This document shows positions 39,626-49,651 of a stretch of 64,000 bases of DNA, piece after piece. Source of the DNA: an uncultured delta proteobacterium (GTDB lineage: Bacteria > Desulfobacterota > Binatia > Binatales > Binataceae); contig CAWJET010000002.1 in the NCBI GenBank assembly GCA_963842085.1, forward strand, positions 800,001-864,000, given 5' to 3'. The notes under the pieces are model-generated. The model had not been told where the DNA came from. It worked only from the letters and a program-made list of their open reading frames with translations, and did not search any database. Each line of letters opens with the position of its first letter. Within the stretch, counting starts at the first letter, position 1. The translations under genes and the position numbers were made by a program.

Positions 39626-40807
39626 ATGGAAAATCTTGAAAGCTTTCGCAAAGAAACGCGCGCATGGCTCGAAGCGAATTGCCCGCCCGAGATGCGACGC
39701 CCGACGCAGACCGAACAAGACACCTGCTGGGGCGGCAGGCATTGGAAATTTCAATCCGACGCGCAGCGACAGTGGCTCGAGCGCATGGCGAAAAAGGGCT
39801 GGACCGTGCCTGAATGGCCGCGCGAGTATGGCGGCGGCGGCCTCTCGCGCGACCAGGCCAAAATTCTGCGCCAGGAGATGCGCGCGCTCGGCTGCCGCTC
39901 GCCGCTGGACAGCTTCGGCATCTGGATGCTCGGACCTGCACTGCTCAAGTACGGCTCCGAAGAACAGAAACGCGAGCATCTGCCGAAGATTGCCCGCGGC
40001 GAGATTCGATGGTGCCAGGGCTACTCCGAACCCGGCTCCGGTTCCGACCTCGCATCGCTGCAAACCCGCGCCGAAGACAAGGGCGATCAGTTCCTCGTCA
40101 ACGGCTCGAAGATTTGGACCTCGTACGCGGACAAGGCGGATTGGATTTTCTGCCTGGTGCGCACGGATCCCAACGCGCCCAAGCACGAAGGAATCAGCTT
40201 CCTGCTGTTCGACATGGAAAGTCCAGGCGTCTCGACCAAGCCGATCACTTTGATCTCCGGCGCGTCGCCCTTCTGCCAGACTTTTTTTGACGACGTGCTC
40301 GTGCCGAAGGCGAACCTCGTCGGCAAGCTCAACAAGGGATGGGACATCGCGAAGTACCTGCTGACGCATGAGCGCGACATGATCGGCGGCATGGGCACCA
40401 CCTCCGAAAACCGTTCGCTCGGGCAGATTGCGACGGACACGGTTGGGACCGACAACGGGATTCTCGCAGACACCGTTCTGCGCGGACAGATCGCGGCGTT
40501 CGAGATCGACGCGCTCGCCTTCCGGCTCACGATGGATCGCGCGGGTGACATGGCCAAGGTCGGGCAGGCTCATCCGGCGGTGTCGTCGCTGCTGAAATAC
40601 TACGGCACCGAACTCAATAAGCGGCGGATGGAACTGGTGATGTCGGCCGGTGGCACTGACGCGCTGGAATGGGAAGGCGAACGCTCGCGCGAAGGCCGCA
40701 CCGCGCGCGCGTGGCTGCGTTCCAAAGCCAATTCGATCGAAGGCGGGACCAGCGAGATTCAGCTCAACATCATCGCCAAACGCATACTGGGCCTGCCCGG
40801 TGCGTAG
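39626..40807 (+). CDS. acyl-CoA dehydrogenase (catalytic subunit)
   Basis: WCQGYSEPGSGSDL, KIWTS, SIEGGTSEIQ. Confidence 0.93.
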   Translation: MENLESFRKETRAWLEANCPPEMRRPTQTEQDTCWGGRHWKFQSDAQRQWLERMAKKGWTVPEWPREYGGGGLSRDQAKILRQEMRALGCRSPLDSFGIWMLGPALLKYGSEEQKREHLPKIARGEIRWCQGYSEPGSGSDLASLQTRAEDKGDQFLVNGSKIWTSYADKADWIFCLVRTDPNAPKHEGISFLLFDMESPGVSTKPITLISGASPFCQTFFDDVLVPKANLVGKLNKGWDIAKYLLTHERDMIGGMGTTSENRSLGQIATDTVGTDNGILADTVLRGQIAAFEIDALAFRLTMDRAGDMAKVGQAHPAVSSLLKYYGTELNKRRMELVMSAGGTDALEWEGERSREGRTARAWLRSKANSIEGGTSEIQLNIIAKRILGLPGA

Positions 40808-40813
40808 CCGAGC

Positions 40814-41953
40814 ATGGCGCTAGTTCTCAACGACGAACAAACGATGCTGCGCGACAATGCGCGCGGCTTCCTGGCCAAGAATGCGCCAATCGCCCATCTG
40901 CGCGCGCTGCGTGACAATCGCGACACCGACGGATTCTCACGCTCGCTCTGGAAAAACTTCGTCGAGATGGGGTGGGCGGGAATCCTCGTCCCCCAGGACT
41001 ACGGCGGCCTTGGCCTTGGCCATGTCGAGGCCAGCGTCGTGATGGAAGAATTGGGCCGCACGCTTACGCCCTCCCCTTTTCTCTCGACCGCGATTCTGGC
41101 CGCGACCGCGATTGCGCGAGCCGGCACTGACAAGCAGAAAGAAAAGCACCTGCCGCAAATTGTTGCCGGCGAATTGATCGCAACGCTGGCCGTTGACGAA
41201 ACCGCAAAGCATCATCCCGAAAGAACCGCGATGCCCGCCGCTCGCGCCGGTAATGGCTTCAAACTCAACGGCGCCAAGACGTTCGTACTCGATGGCCACG
41301 TCGCAAACCTTCTGATCGTGGTCGGTCGCACAGCGGGCAAAGCGGGCGATACAACTGGGCTGACACTGTTCCTGATCGACGCGAGTGCGCCCGGAGTTCG
41401 CATCGAGCGCACGCCAACCGTGGATTCACACAACGCTGCGCGGCTCACCTTCGAGGAGGTGAATGTCAGCGCCGACAACGTGCTCGGCAAGGCCGACGCG
41501 GGCTGGGAAATCCTCGCGGGCGTGCTGAACGTCGGCCGCGCCGCCCTGGCAGCCGAGATGGCCGGCGCCGGCGAGGAAGCGTTCAGCCGCACAGTCGCCT
41601 ACCTGAAAGAGCGCAAACAATTCGGCAAGGCGATCGGCGAATTTCAGGCGTTGCAACATCGCGCGGCTCACCTCTATTGCGAACTCGAGGTCACGCGCTC
41701 GGCCGTGCTGAAGGCGCTGCAGACGCTCGACGATTCCTTCGACCACGCCGGCGCGATCGTGTCCGTGGCCAAGGCTCGCGCCGGACTCAGCGCCACGCTC
41801 GCCGTGAATGAGGCCGTCCAGATGCATGGCGGTATCGGGATGACCGACGAGTTCGACATCGGCTTGTTCATGAAGCGGGTGCGCGTATGCCAGGAACTGT
41901 TCGGCGATTCGAACTTTCACGCCGATCGGTTGGCCCGGCTGAACCGCTACTGA
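40814..41953 (+). CDS. acyl-CoA dehydrogenase (partner subunit)
   Basis: RKQFGKAIGEFQALQH, QMHGGIG; lacks the EG(G)T motif. Confidence 0.92.
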   Translation: MALVLNDEQTMLRDNARGFLAKNAPIAHLRALRDNRDTDGFSRSLWKNFVEMGWAGILVPQDYGGLGLGHVEASVVMEELGRTLTPSPFLSTAILAATAIARAGTDKQKEKHLPQIVAGELIATLAVDETAKHHPERTAMPAARAGNGFKLNGAKTFVLDGHVANLLIVVGRTAGKAGDTTGLTLFLIDASAPGVRIERTPTVDSHNAARLTFEEVNVSADNVLGKADAGWEILAGVLNVGRAALAAEMAGAGEEAFSRTVAYLKERKQFGKAIGEFQALQHRAAHLYCELEVTRSAVLKALQTLDDSFDHAGAIVSVAKARAGLSATLAVNEAVQMHGGIGMTDEFDIGLFMKRVRVCQELFGDSNFHADRLARLNRY

Positions 41954-41999
41954 CGCCCGCGCGAAAATCCTACGCTCGTTTCGTGCAAGAGGTAGTCCG

Positions 42000-42827
42000 A
42001 TGAGCGATTCGCATCGAGATCGAGACTCCGTGACGGTAGCTATCGTCGGCGCGGGCGAGATGGGCGCCGCCGTAGGCCGCAGGCTGCGCGAAGCCGGTGC
42101 GCGCGTAGTGACCTCTCTTGCCGGCCGCAGCGCGGAGAGCGTCGCACGCGTTCGAAATGCAGGCCTCGAAGTCGTCGACGATGACGATTCACTCGTGCGC
42201 GACGCGAGCTTCGTGCTTTCGATCGTTCCGCCGGGCGTCGCCGTCGAGGTCGCCGAACGCCTTCGCGGTCCGCTCGGCCGAGCGCAAGCAATGCCGGTCT
42301 GTGTTGAATGCAACGCGATCTCTCCCGCGACTTGCCGGCGCATCCGCAACCTGCTCGGCACCACGACCTTCATCGACGCCGGCATTATCGGAGGCCCACC
42401 CGTCGCCGGGACTCAGGATCCGGCAAAGGGTCCGCGCTTCTATGCATCAGGGCCCGACGCTCGCCTGCTGATGCGACTGGCCGACTTCGGTCTCGATATC
42501 GCGATCCTCGACGGCCCGGTTGGCGATGCTTCAGGTTTGAAGCTCTGCTACGCGGGACTGACCAAGGGTTTCACCGCGCTGTGCGCAACGATGCTGGGTG
42601 CCGCGGAACGCGAGGACCTTGCCGACGCGCTCCGCGCCGAACTCGCGCGCAGTCAGCCCGGCTTCCTCGCACGTCTGGATCGCGCCGTTCCCGCAATGCG
42701 CCCGAAGGCGTACCGCTGGGTCGCTGAGATGCGACAGATCGCGGAGTTCGTCGGCGCTCCCGAAGACGGCGCGACGATATACGAAGGAACCGCCATCCTC
42801 TATCAACGAATCGCCAGGTCATCTTGA
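42000..42827 (+). CDS. NAD(P)-dependent oxidoreductase (DUF1932, 6PGDH/HIBADH-like)
   Basis: GAGEMG, NAISP, LKLCYAGLTKG, KAYRWVAEM. Confidence 0.85.
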   Translation: MSDSHRDRDSVTVAIVGAGEMGAAVGRRLREAGARVVTSLAGRSAESVARVRNAGLEVVDDDDSLVRDASFVLSIVPPGVAVEVAERLRGPLGRAQAMPVCVECNAISPATCRRIRNLLGTTTFIDAGIIGGPPVAGTQDPAKGPRFYASGPDARLLMRLADFGLDIAILDGPVGDASGLKLCYAGLTKGFTALCATMLGAAEREDLADALRAELARSQPGFLARLDRAVPAMRPKAYRWVAEMRQIAEFVGAPEDGATIYEGTAILYQRIARSS

Positions 42828-42896
42828 CACGATTAGTCAATGGCGGCGTCCGCGGTTATCGGCGAATCGCTCGCGGCAACGGCCGGCTGCGCCTGA

Positions 42897-43580
42897 TCAC
42901 CCGGTACGCGGCGCGCTGCTCGTTCGACGGTCGTCGGACCGACGCCCTTTTGAATCGGCCTTGCCTGCGGGCTGGATGTGCAACTGATCGGCCATCCGCA
43001 CCAGCTCGGCCAGCGACTCGGCCTCCATTTTGTCCATCACCCGCGCCCGCTGAACTTTGATGGTTTTTTCGCCGGTGCCGAGCTCGGCACCCGCCTGCTT
43101 GTTGAGCAGTCCCGAGGTGATCAGCTGGAACACCTGGCGCTCGCGAGGCGTGAGACGCTCGTATCGGCGCCGAAGGTTGTCAAGCTCGACGAGCGACGTC
43201 CTACGGGCGCGGCTGCGTTCGGCAGCGCGGCGGACCGCTTCGAGCAGGGCAGCGTCATCGACCGGTTTCTCCAGAAAGTCGACGGCGCCTCCCTTCATTG
43301 CCTTGATCCCCGCCGGTACGTCGCCATGACCGGTGACGAACACGAGCGAGAGATGCGGCAGTGTGTGGGCCAGCGTTTCCTGAAGCTTGAAGCCGTCGAC
43401 GCCGGGCATCCGCATGTCGGTCACCGCGCAATCGACCTGATGGTGAGCGGGGTCCTCCAGGAATTCGCCGGCCGAAGAGAAGACGGTCGGCGCAATCCCG
43501 GCCGATTTCATTAGACGGGCAAGCGATTTTCGCGCCGACGGATCGTCATCGATGATGGCGACTTTGATTGGAACATCCAT
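42897..43580 (-). CDS. FixJ/NodW-like response regulator
   Basis: IIDDD receiver, TGHGD, LTPRERQV...LNKQ...TIKVQRARVM LuxR HTH. Confidence 0.92.
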   Translation of the reverse strand: MDVPIKVAIIDDDPSARKSLARLMKSAGIAPTVFSSAGEFLEDPAHHQVDCAVTDMRMPGVDGFKLQETLAHTLPHLSLVFVTGHGDVPAGIKAMKGGAVDFLEKPVDDAALLEAVRRAAERSRARRTSLVELDNLRRRYERLTPRERQVFQLITSGLLNKQAGAELGTGEKTIKVQRARVMDKMEAESLAELVRMADQLHIQPAGKADSKGRRSDDRRTSSAPRTG

Positions 43581-43600
43581 TCGAGTGCCGACGCTTCGAG

Positions 43601-44854
43601 TCAGCTCGGGGCACCGGCGTTTGACGCGGCAGGCAATATAAATTCGACGGTGGCGCCGCGACCGGGATTCTGGGTCGCCCACAGCCGGCCGCCGTGAGTC
43701 TCGACGATCGTCCGCACAATAGCCAGTCCCATCCCCATGCCGGTGGGCTTGGTGGTGAAGAAGGGGTCGAACAGCCGGGGCAGAATTTTCGAATCGATAC
43801 CCGTGCCGGAATCGCAAACCGCGACGTGCAAGTGCCCCGCTTCGCGCTCGCTCGCTTGCAGAACCACCGTACGTTCGTCGCTGGTCTCGCAAACGGCATC
43901 AAACGCGTTAGTGACCAGGTTCAACACCGCCTGGGTCAGTTGCGTCCGGTCGCCAAGCACGATTGGCGACGTAGGACGCACATCGATCTGCAAGTCGACT
44001 TGCCTCGATTGCGCGTCCGCTCTGACGATGCGGTCGACGTCCCGGAAAATGCTTTGAATATCAACGCGCAGCATCTGCATTTCGCCGTGCTGAAAGAGTG
44101 CCCGCAATTGCCGGATGGTCTCGACCGCCCTGGAATTGTCACGCACGATGTCGTCAAGGGCCGCCCCAATCTCGGTCAGATCCGGTTTCTTGGCCGCCAG
44201 GAGACGACGCGCCGCGTGTGCATTGTTCAGGATTGCGCCGAGTGGTTGATTCAACTCGTGCGCCAGGGCGGCGGTGAGCTCGCCCATCATCGCGGCGCTC
44301 GAGATCTTGCGCAGATCCTGCTCGAGGTGGTGATGCTCGGCGAAGGCCCGCTTTCGTTCCAGCGCGTTCCCGAAGACCTCTGCCACCAGTTTCAAACGCT
44401 GGACTTCTTTTTCGGACCATCCTCTTTCGCTGAGAAGCTTGGCGAAGGAGACCCCGCCGACAATCTTCCCGCCAATCTTGAGCGGCACGGTGATATGGGA
44501 TTTGATCTTGTCGACCTCCAGTGCGGCGCGCTCATTGGCAGCCTCCGGCGGAAGTCCTTGGGGCAGATTGGACAGTACAACCAGCTCGCCCGAAAAAACC
44601 TTGCTGGCCAGCCAGGGAAAGCTTCTTTCGACGTTCTTTCCTTTATCGACACTGGCGAAGACGCCCTCCCGCGCCCACTGGTGAGTGATAAGCAGGCCGC
44701 CGGTGGCGCGCTCGAACTGCGTCACGGTCCCGCGGTCGACCTCGAGGGCAAGCACGATTCGCTGAAGCCATTGCTCAATCTCGCGGTCGACGTCCTCGGG
44801 CGACACGCGGACAAAGGCGGCCGACAAATCGCCCAAAAGCTTTTCAAAATCCAC
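43601..44854 (-). CDS. GAF sensor histidine kinase
   Basis: GAF-like N-terminus, HELNQPL, FTTKPTGMGMGL; no TM seen. Confidence 0.9.
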   Translation of the reverse strand: MDFEKLLGDLSAAFVRVSPEDVDREIEQWLQRIVLALEVDRGTVTQFERATGGLLITHQWAREGVFASVDKGKNVERSFPWLASKVFSGELVVLSNLPQGLPPEAANERAALEVDKIKSHITVPLKIGGKIVGGVSFAKLLSERGWSEKEVQRLKLVAEVFGNALERKRAFAEHHHLEQDLRKISSAAMMGELTAALAHELNQPLGAILNNAHAARRLLAAKKPDLTEIGAALDDIVRDNSRAVETIRQLRALFQHGEMQMLRVDIQSIFRDVDRIVRADAQSRQVDLQIDVRPTSPIVLGDRTQLTQAVLNLVTNAFDAVCETSDERTVVLQASEREAGHLHVAVCDSGTGIDSKILPRLFDPFFTTKPTGMGMGLAIVRTIVETHGGRLWATQNPGRGATVEFILPAASNAGAPS

Positions 44855-45024
44855 GATTCACGGTTCCGGGGTGACTTCGTATGGGGAAGAATTCGCGGCC
44901 AACGGAGCGACGTTCTCTGCTTCTTCGAAGCGCGCGACCATAGTGTTCACCGCCGGCCTCGAAGCGCTGGGATGAGGTAACCGGACGGGCAATGTTCCGC
45001 CTCGTTGTTATACGTCGGAACGAT

Positions 45025-45470
45025 TTATGTGGAAAGAGCTAAAGCGCGCGCGATCGCGTCGAGGAAGGGCCCCTCGTCGAAGGGCTTGAACAGGACCGCA
45101 ACCGCGTCCGATTTCGCGGCGAGCGAGCGAACGCGGTCGTCGGTGCGGCCCTGATCAGTATCGTCGGCAGGCTGTGCGGCGAGCCTTTTAGAACCTGGCA
45201 CATCTCGATACCGTTCATCTCCGGCAAGTTGATATCAACGACCAGGCAGGCGTTGGAGCGTGGAATGGTCTCGGCCAGCAACGCGCTAGGCCGGTCGAAT
45301 GCCTTTACGAGAAACCCGGCCGCAAGCAGCAGCCGCTTCAGCGAGCGCAGGATCGAGGGATCGTCATCGACGACAATTACGGTTGCTGGATTGTCGGGGC
45401 TGAACCGCTTCGACCTGGGAGTGATCGACTTTCGGGTTTTCGCGCGCTGTCTGTTTGCGTTAGCGGTCAA
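45025..45470 (-). pseudogene. single-domain response regulator with a 1-nt frameshift
   Basis: VVDDD...VDINLP, then frame slips at ~45150; shifted frame gives GRTDD...LFKPFD...ALST*. Confidence 0.75.
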
Positions 45471-45560
45471 CGTTGCACCGGCTTACCTATCGAGGATTTG
45501 CGGATTCGTTCGGAACGGACCGACCTTAACGATCTTGTCATTCGCGCCGGTGGCGTTGCT

Positions 45561-45578
45561 ATTGGACCAAGGTCCAAT
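45561..45578. promoter_or_regulatory. palindromic operator ATTGGACC-AA-GGTCCAAT
   Basis: 8-bp perfect arms between divergent genes; related TAGGACCAAA copies at 46770 and 46834. Confidence 0.55.
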
Positions 45579-45833
45579 TTACCGGTATGTAGCAGACGCG
45601 CAGACTGGCCCGTGCGCGTCGCGGCCGGCCCGCGAGCTCGACGCGGAACGCAATACTGCGCGAGGAGGTCGCTTTGATGAGAGTCGCATTTGTAGCGCCA
45701 GCCGTCGCCGCTCCGCTCTGCGGCGCGCTCATGTCGGGATGCGCGCAAACGGTCGAAAGTAAGCCGGCCGTCATGCAGAGAATCACGAGTCGCCTGCTCG
45801 AGCTGCAGGGGCGAGCGCCGGCCGGACAATAGG

Positions 45834-46739
45834 GTGAGCGAACCATCGCGCGGCCTCGCTTGTCGTGGCGCCGCGCGCAACCGGCGGCGGGCGATCGCCC
45901 TCAGTGTCGCGCTCTTCACCCTGTTGGCGGGCTGTTCCCTGGGTCTCGCCCAGCAAACCGCGTCAGCCGGCAGCGACGAGGAATCACTGGCGGTTATGGA
46001 AAACGATCCGACCGCGAGCCTGACTCAGCTCAAGATCCAGGACATCTACACGCCGGCCGAGTACGGCACCAATGCTCAGCCGAACACGCTGCAGTTGCGG
46101 CCGCTCTTCGCGGTGCGTCCACAATTGTTCACGCCGCTGGAGCAGCTCATCCGGCCCACGATTCAAGTCGTGACAGTTCCTCGCAACAAGGGCGCGTCAA
46201 CGACCACCGCGCTCGATGACTTCCAACTATTCGACCTGTTCGTGATGCCCTGGCCGAACGAAAAGGAGACTCGCTTCCGGTGGGGGATCGGACCATACTT
46301 CGTATTTCCAACCTCCACGAGTCAATTCACGGGCAAAGGTGCGTGGCAGATGGGGCCGGCCTGGGCTTTCGGCTACCGGGGAATTCCAGGGCTGCAAATT
46401 GCTGGTCTTTTTCAGCAGGCGACGTCGTTCGCGTACACGTCGTCGCATTCGGTTCCGGTAAGCTCGCTCCAGATTCAACCGATCCTCTCGTATCAGCTAG
46501 GTCGCGGATGGTATCTGAAGTCGAGCGACGCGACCTGGAAAATCAATTACCGTCACAAGACTTCGACCGAAATGCCGCTCAGCGCCGGATTTGGGAAAGT
46601 CTGGAAATTCGGCGAGGGCTACGCAATCGACACGTCGTTCTCGGGAGAATGGATGGTCTATCGGCAGTTTGACCCTCAGACCGAGCAATTCACGCTGAGA
46701 TTTCAGGTAAGCCTGCTGTTGCCGCAGGTGCAACTATAA
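45834..46739 (+). CDS. exported, probable outer-membrane beta-barrel-like protein
   Basis: Signal peptide, NDPTA motif, amphipathic aromatic-rich strands. Confidence 0.6.
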   Translation: MSEPSRGLACRGAARNRRRAIALSVALFTLLAGCSLGLAQQTASAGSDEESLAVMENDPTASLTQLKIQDIYTPAEYGTNAQPNTLQLRPLFAVRPQLFTPLEQLIRPTIQVVTVPRNKGASTTTALDDFQLFDLFVMPWPNEKETRFRWGIGPYFVFPTSTSQFTGKGAWQMGPAWAFGYRGIPGLQIAGLFQQATSFAYTSSHSVPVSSLQIQPILSYQLGRGWYLKSSDATWKINYRHKTSTEMPLSAGFGKVWKFGEGYAIDTSFSGEWMVYRQFDPQTEQFTLRFQVSLLLPQVQL

Positions 46740-46885
46740 GGTGGGAGCAATTCCGTTCGATGGCACGACTAGGACCAAAGTCCACTTGTAGGAGAACGGC
46801 GTTCCCTGCAAAGAATCGGGGCGACAGGAATCATAGGACCAAAAGAGAGTTAGGAAGTATCAACATCAACCAGTGAGGTACTGTT

Positions 46886-47608
46886 ATGAAGTCACAAATC
46901 CTTAGTCGAATGTACGTGATACTGGCCGTCGCAGCCTTCGGATGCGCGGGCGCACAGGTTACGCAACAGAGTTCCGCGGCGCCGATCTCGACCTCGCCAC
47001 CCACTGCCGTCGTCGTTTATCCATTTGCGGTGGATGCTTCAGATGTCTCGCTGAACTCCAGTATCTTTCAAGTCGCTTACAGAAACATGTCTGGCGAAAA
47101 CCAGACTGACCAACAACTCCAGATCGCCCACCAAACGGCTCAGAATATTTGCGTTCAGGTTGCGGCTAATCTGACGCAAAAGGGCATCACTACCACCTGC
47201 CTGCAGCGTGGTGTGCCTCCCACCGGCAACAACGTCCTCGTCCTGGATGGCGAATTCACCGACATCAGCGAAGGTAACCGGCTACGTCGAATGGTAATCG
47301 GCCTTGGCGCGGGCGCGTCGAAAGTCGATACAGTGGTTCAGGTTATTCAGAAGACGGATCAGGGCTCGACCGAGATAATCGACTTCAGCACCAGCGCCGA
47401 CAGCGGCTATATGCCCGGCGCAGGAATTACCGGACCTGCTGGCGCTGCTGCGGGCGGAGCCGCTGCTGCCGCATCGCTGGGCGTGAACATCGCGGCTGGA
47501 GGCGTCAAGAACGTTACGTCTTCGACCGGCTATCTTGTGGATAAAACTACCGATCAGATCGTCCAGCAGGTAGTCAACTACTACAACCGCCAGGGTTGGA
47601 TGTCCTGA
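46886..47608 (+). CDS. DUF4410-like lipoprotein
   Basis: AFGC lipobox, EGNRLRRMVIGLGAGAS, SGYMPG. Confidence 0.75.
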   Translation: MKSQILSRMYVILAVAAFGCAGAQVTQQSSAAPISTSPPTAVVVYPFAVDASDVSLNSSIFQVAYRNMSGENQTDQQLQIAHQTAQNICVQVAANLTQKGITTTCLQRGVPPTGNNVLVLDGEFTDISEGNRLRRMVIGLGAGASKVDTVVQVIQKTDQGSTEIIDFSTSADSGYMPGAGITGPAGAAAGGAAAAASLGVNIAAGGVKNVTSSTGYLVDKTTDQIVQQVVNYYNRQGWMS

Positions 47609-47672
47609 CGCAGCGTTTATTGGCTTGCGGAATGCTATATTCGGTCTATAGGATTCCGCGCTGTACAATTGA

Positions 47673-48824
47673 ATGAGCAACGCCGCCTCTAACATCGAGC
47701 AAGGTACAGTCTCGGTCACCCGGGCAGACGATTCGACCCTGCTGATCAAACTGTCGGGTCCCTGGCATCTGACACGGAACGTTCCCTCGGCTGCGGTTCT
47801 TCGCCAAGAGCTCGAGTCGGCGGCGATGCTCAAAAAGGTTTCGTTCGATACGTCAGGACTGACCAACTGGGACAGCGGCCTGATCGCGTTCCTGGTACAG
47901 ACGAGCGAAGCCTGTCGCGCCCGAGGTATCGACCAGGACCGCCAGGGACTTCCGGAAGGATTGCGGCGCCTGCTCGAACTTGCCGAAGCGGTGCCCGAGA
48001 AGAAGGGAACGCGCAGCGCGACCGTCAAAGCTCCCTTCTTCCAGCGTGTAGGAGAGATGACGCTGGGTTATGGACTCTCGGTAAGCGAGTTCATGAACTT
48101 CCTGGGTCAGCTGGCCGTGGCGTTTGTGAAATTGATTCGCGGGAAGGCCCGTTATCGAAGAGTCGACCTTATAGAAGTTCTCCAGGACTGCGGCGCCAAT
48201 GCGGTCGGGATTGTAACCCTCATCTCGTTCCTGGTAGGTGTGATTCTGGCCTTTATGGGCGCGGTCCAACTCTCCCAGTTTGGCGCGTCGATCTACGTGG
48301 CGGACCTGGTTTGTATCGGGATGACGCGCGATATGGGCGCGATCATGACGGCGATAATCATGTCGGGCCGCACAGGCGCGGCCTTTGCGGCCAAGCTCGG
48401 CACGATGAAGGTGACGCAGGAGATCGACGCTTTAACCACGATGGGCATCTCGCCGATGGAATTCCTGGTATTGCCACGCGTAATCGCCCTGGTTCTGATG
48501 ATGCCGCTGCTCTGCCTGTACGCGGACTTCCTCGGGATACTGGGCGGGTTGTTCGTCGGGGTCGGGATGCTTGGCCTGTCGGCGCGCAGCTACATGCAGG
48601 AAACCATCGCAACGCTGACGTTGACGAACTTGTTCGGCGGTCTGTTCAAGGCGACGTTTTACGGCCTGCTGATAGCGATTGCCGGATGTCTGCGCGGCTT
48701 CCAATGCGGCAACAGCTCTTCGGCGGTTGGCGATGCAGCGACGCAGGCAGTCGTGATGTCGATAGTTATGGGCGTGGTTGCCTGCGGGCTCTTCGCCGTC
48801 GTCTTCAACATCATCGGAATTTGA
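47673..48824 (+). CDS. mlaE: MlaE-family ABC permease with N-terminal STAS-like domain
   Basis: WDSGL, GRTGAAFAAKLGTMKVTQEIDAL, VGDAATQAVV. Confidence 0.9.
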   Translation: MSNAASNIEQGTVSVTRADDSTLLIKLSGPWHLTRNVPSAAVLRQELESAAMLKKVSFDTSGLTNWDSGLIAFLVQTSEACRARGIDQDRQGLPEGLRRLLELAEAVPEKKGTRSATVKAPFFQRVGEMTLGYGLSVSEFMNFLGQLAVAFVKLIRGKARYRRVDLIEVLQDCGANAVGIVTLISFLVGVILAFMGAVQLSQFGASIYVADLVCIGMTRDMGAIMTAIIMSGRTGAAFAAKLGTMKVTQEIDALTTMGISPMEFLVLPRVIALVLMMPLLCLYADFLGILGGLFVGVGMLGLSARSYMQETIATLTLTNLFGGLFKATFYGLLIAIAGCLRGFQCGNSSSAVGDAATQAVVMSIVMGVVACGLFAVVFNIIGI

Positions 48825-48838
48825 TCGCGGAAACGCCA

Positions 48839-49651
48839 ATGGAAAGCGCAAGGGCCAGCAACGGCAAGAAGGCAAACGCAAAGCCGCACATTATCGTGAA
48901 GAATCTCACGATGGCTTATGGCAGCTTCGTCCTTATGCGCGACGTCAATTTCACGGTTCGTCATGGCGACGTCTTCATCATCATGGGCGGCAGCGGATGC
49001 GGCAAAAGCACGCTGCTGCGTCATCTTATAGGACTCAAGGAGCCAGCCACTGGCGAGATCATTTACGGCGACGTTAACTTCACCCGGGCCGATCCGGAGA
49101 CGCGCGAACTAATGCTGCGGCGATTTGGAATCCTGTACCAAAGTGGCGCGCTCTGGAGTTCTATGACACTCGCGCAGAATGTAGGCCTGCCGCTCGGCGA
49201 ATTTACCGACCTGACGCCGTCGCAAATCCGCGAGATCGCGGCGCTTAAACTGGCGCTGGTTGGACTCAACGGATTCGAGGACTTCTATCCAAATGAGATC
49301 AGCGGCGGGATGCAGAAGCGGGCCGGATTGGCGCGGGCGATGGCGCTCGATCCGGAGATCCTGTTCTTCGACGAGCCGTCGGCGGGTCTCGATCCCATCA
49401 GTTCGAGCCTGCTCGACGAGCTGATACTCGAGCTGCGCGACAGCCTTGGTGCGACGATCGTGATCGTTACGCATGAACTCGCCAGTATCTTCGCGATAGG
49501 CAACAACTGCGTCTTCCTCGACGCCGAGTCGCGGGTCCAGATCGCAAGCGGTGATCCCAAGGACCTGCTGGCAAGTTCCCAGGATCCACGGGTGCGCAAG
49601 TTTCTCACCCGCGGCAAAGAGGGAGGCGAAACAGCGAGTCATCATGAGTAA
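48839..49651 (+). CDS. mlaF: MlaF-family ABC ATPase
   Basis: GGSGCGKS, ISGGMQKRAGLARA, FDEPSAGLDP. Confidence 0.9.
   Translation: MESARASNGKKANAKPHIIVKNLTMAYGSFVLMRDVNFTVRHGDVFIIMGGSGCGKSTLLRHLIGLKEPATGEIIYGDVNFTRADPETRELMLRRFGILYQSGALWSSMTLAQNVGLPLGEFTDLTPSQIREIAALKLALVGLNGFEDFYPNEISGGMQKRAGLARAMALDPEILFFDEPSAGLDPISSSLLDELILELRDSLGATIVIVTHELASIFAIGNNCVFLDAESRVQIASGDPKDLLASSQDPRVRKFLTRGKEGGETASHHE

Noticed and set aside
46761-46775. TGGCAC as a sigma54 promoter
   Set aside because: No GC at the -12 position (GG-N10-AC)
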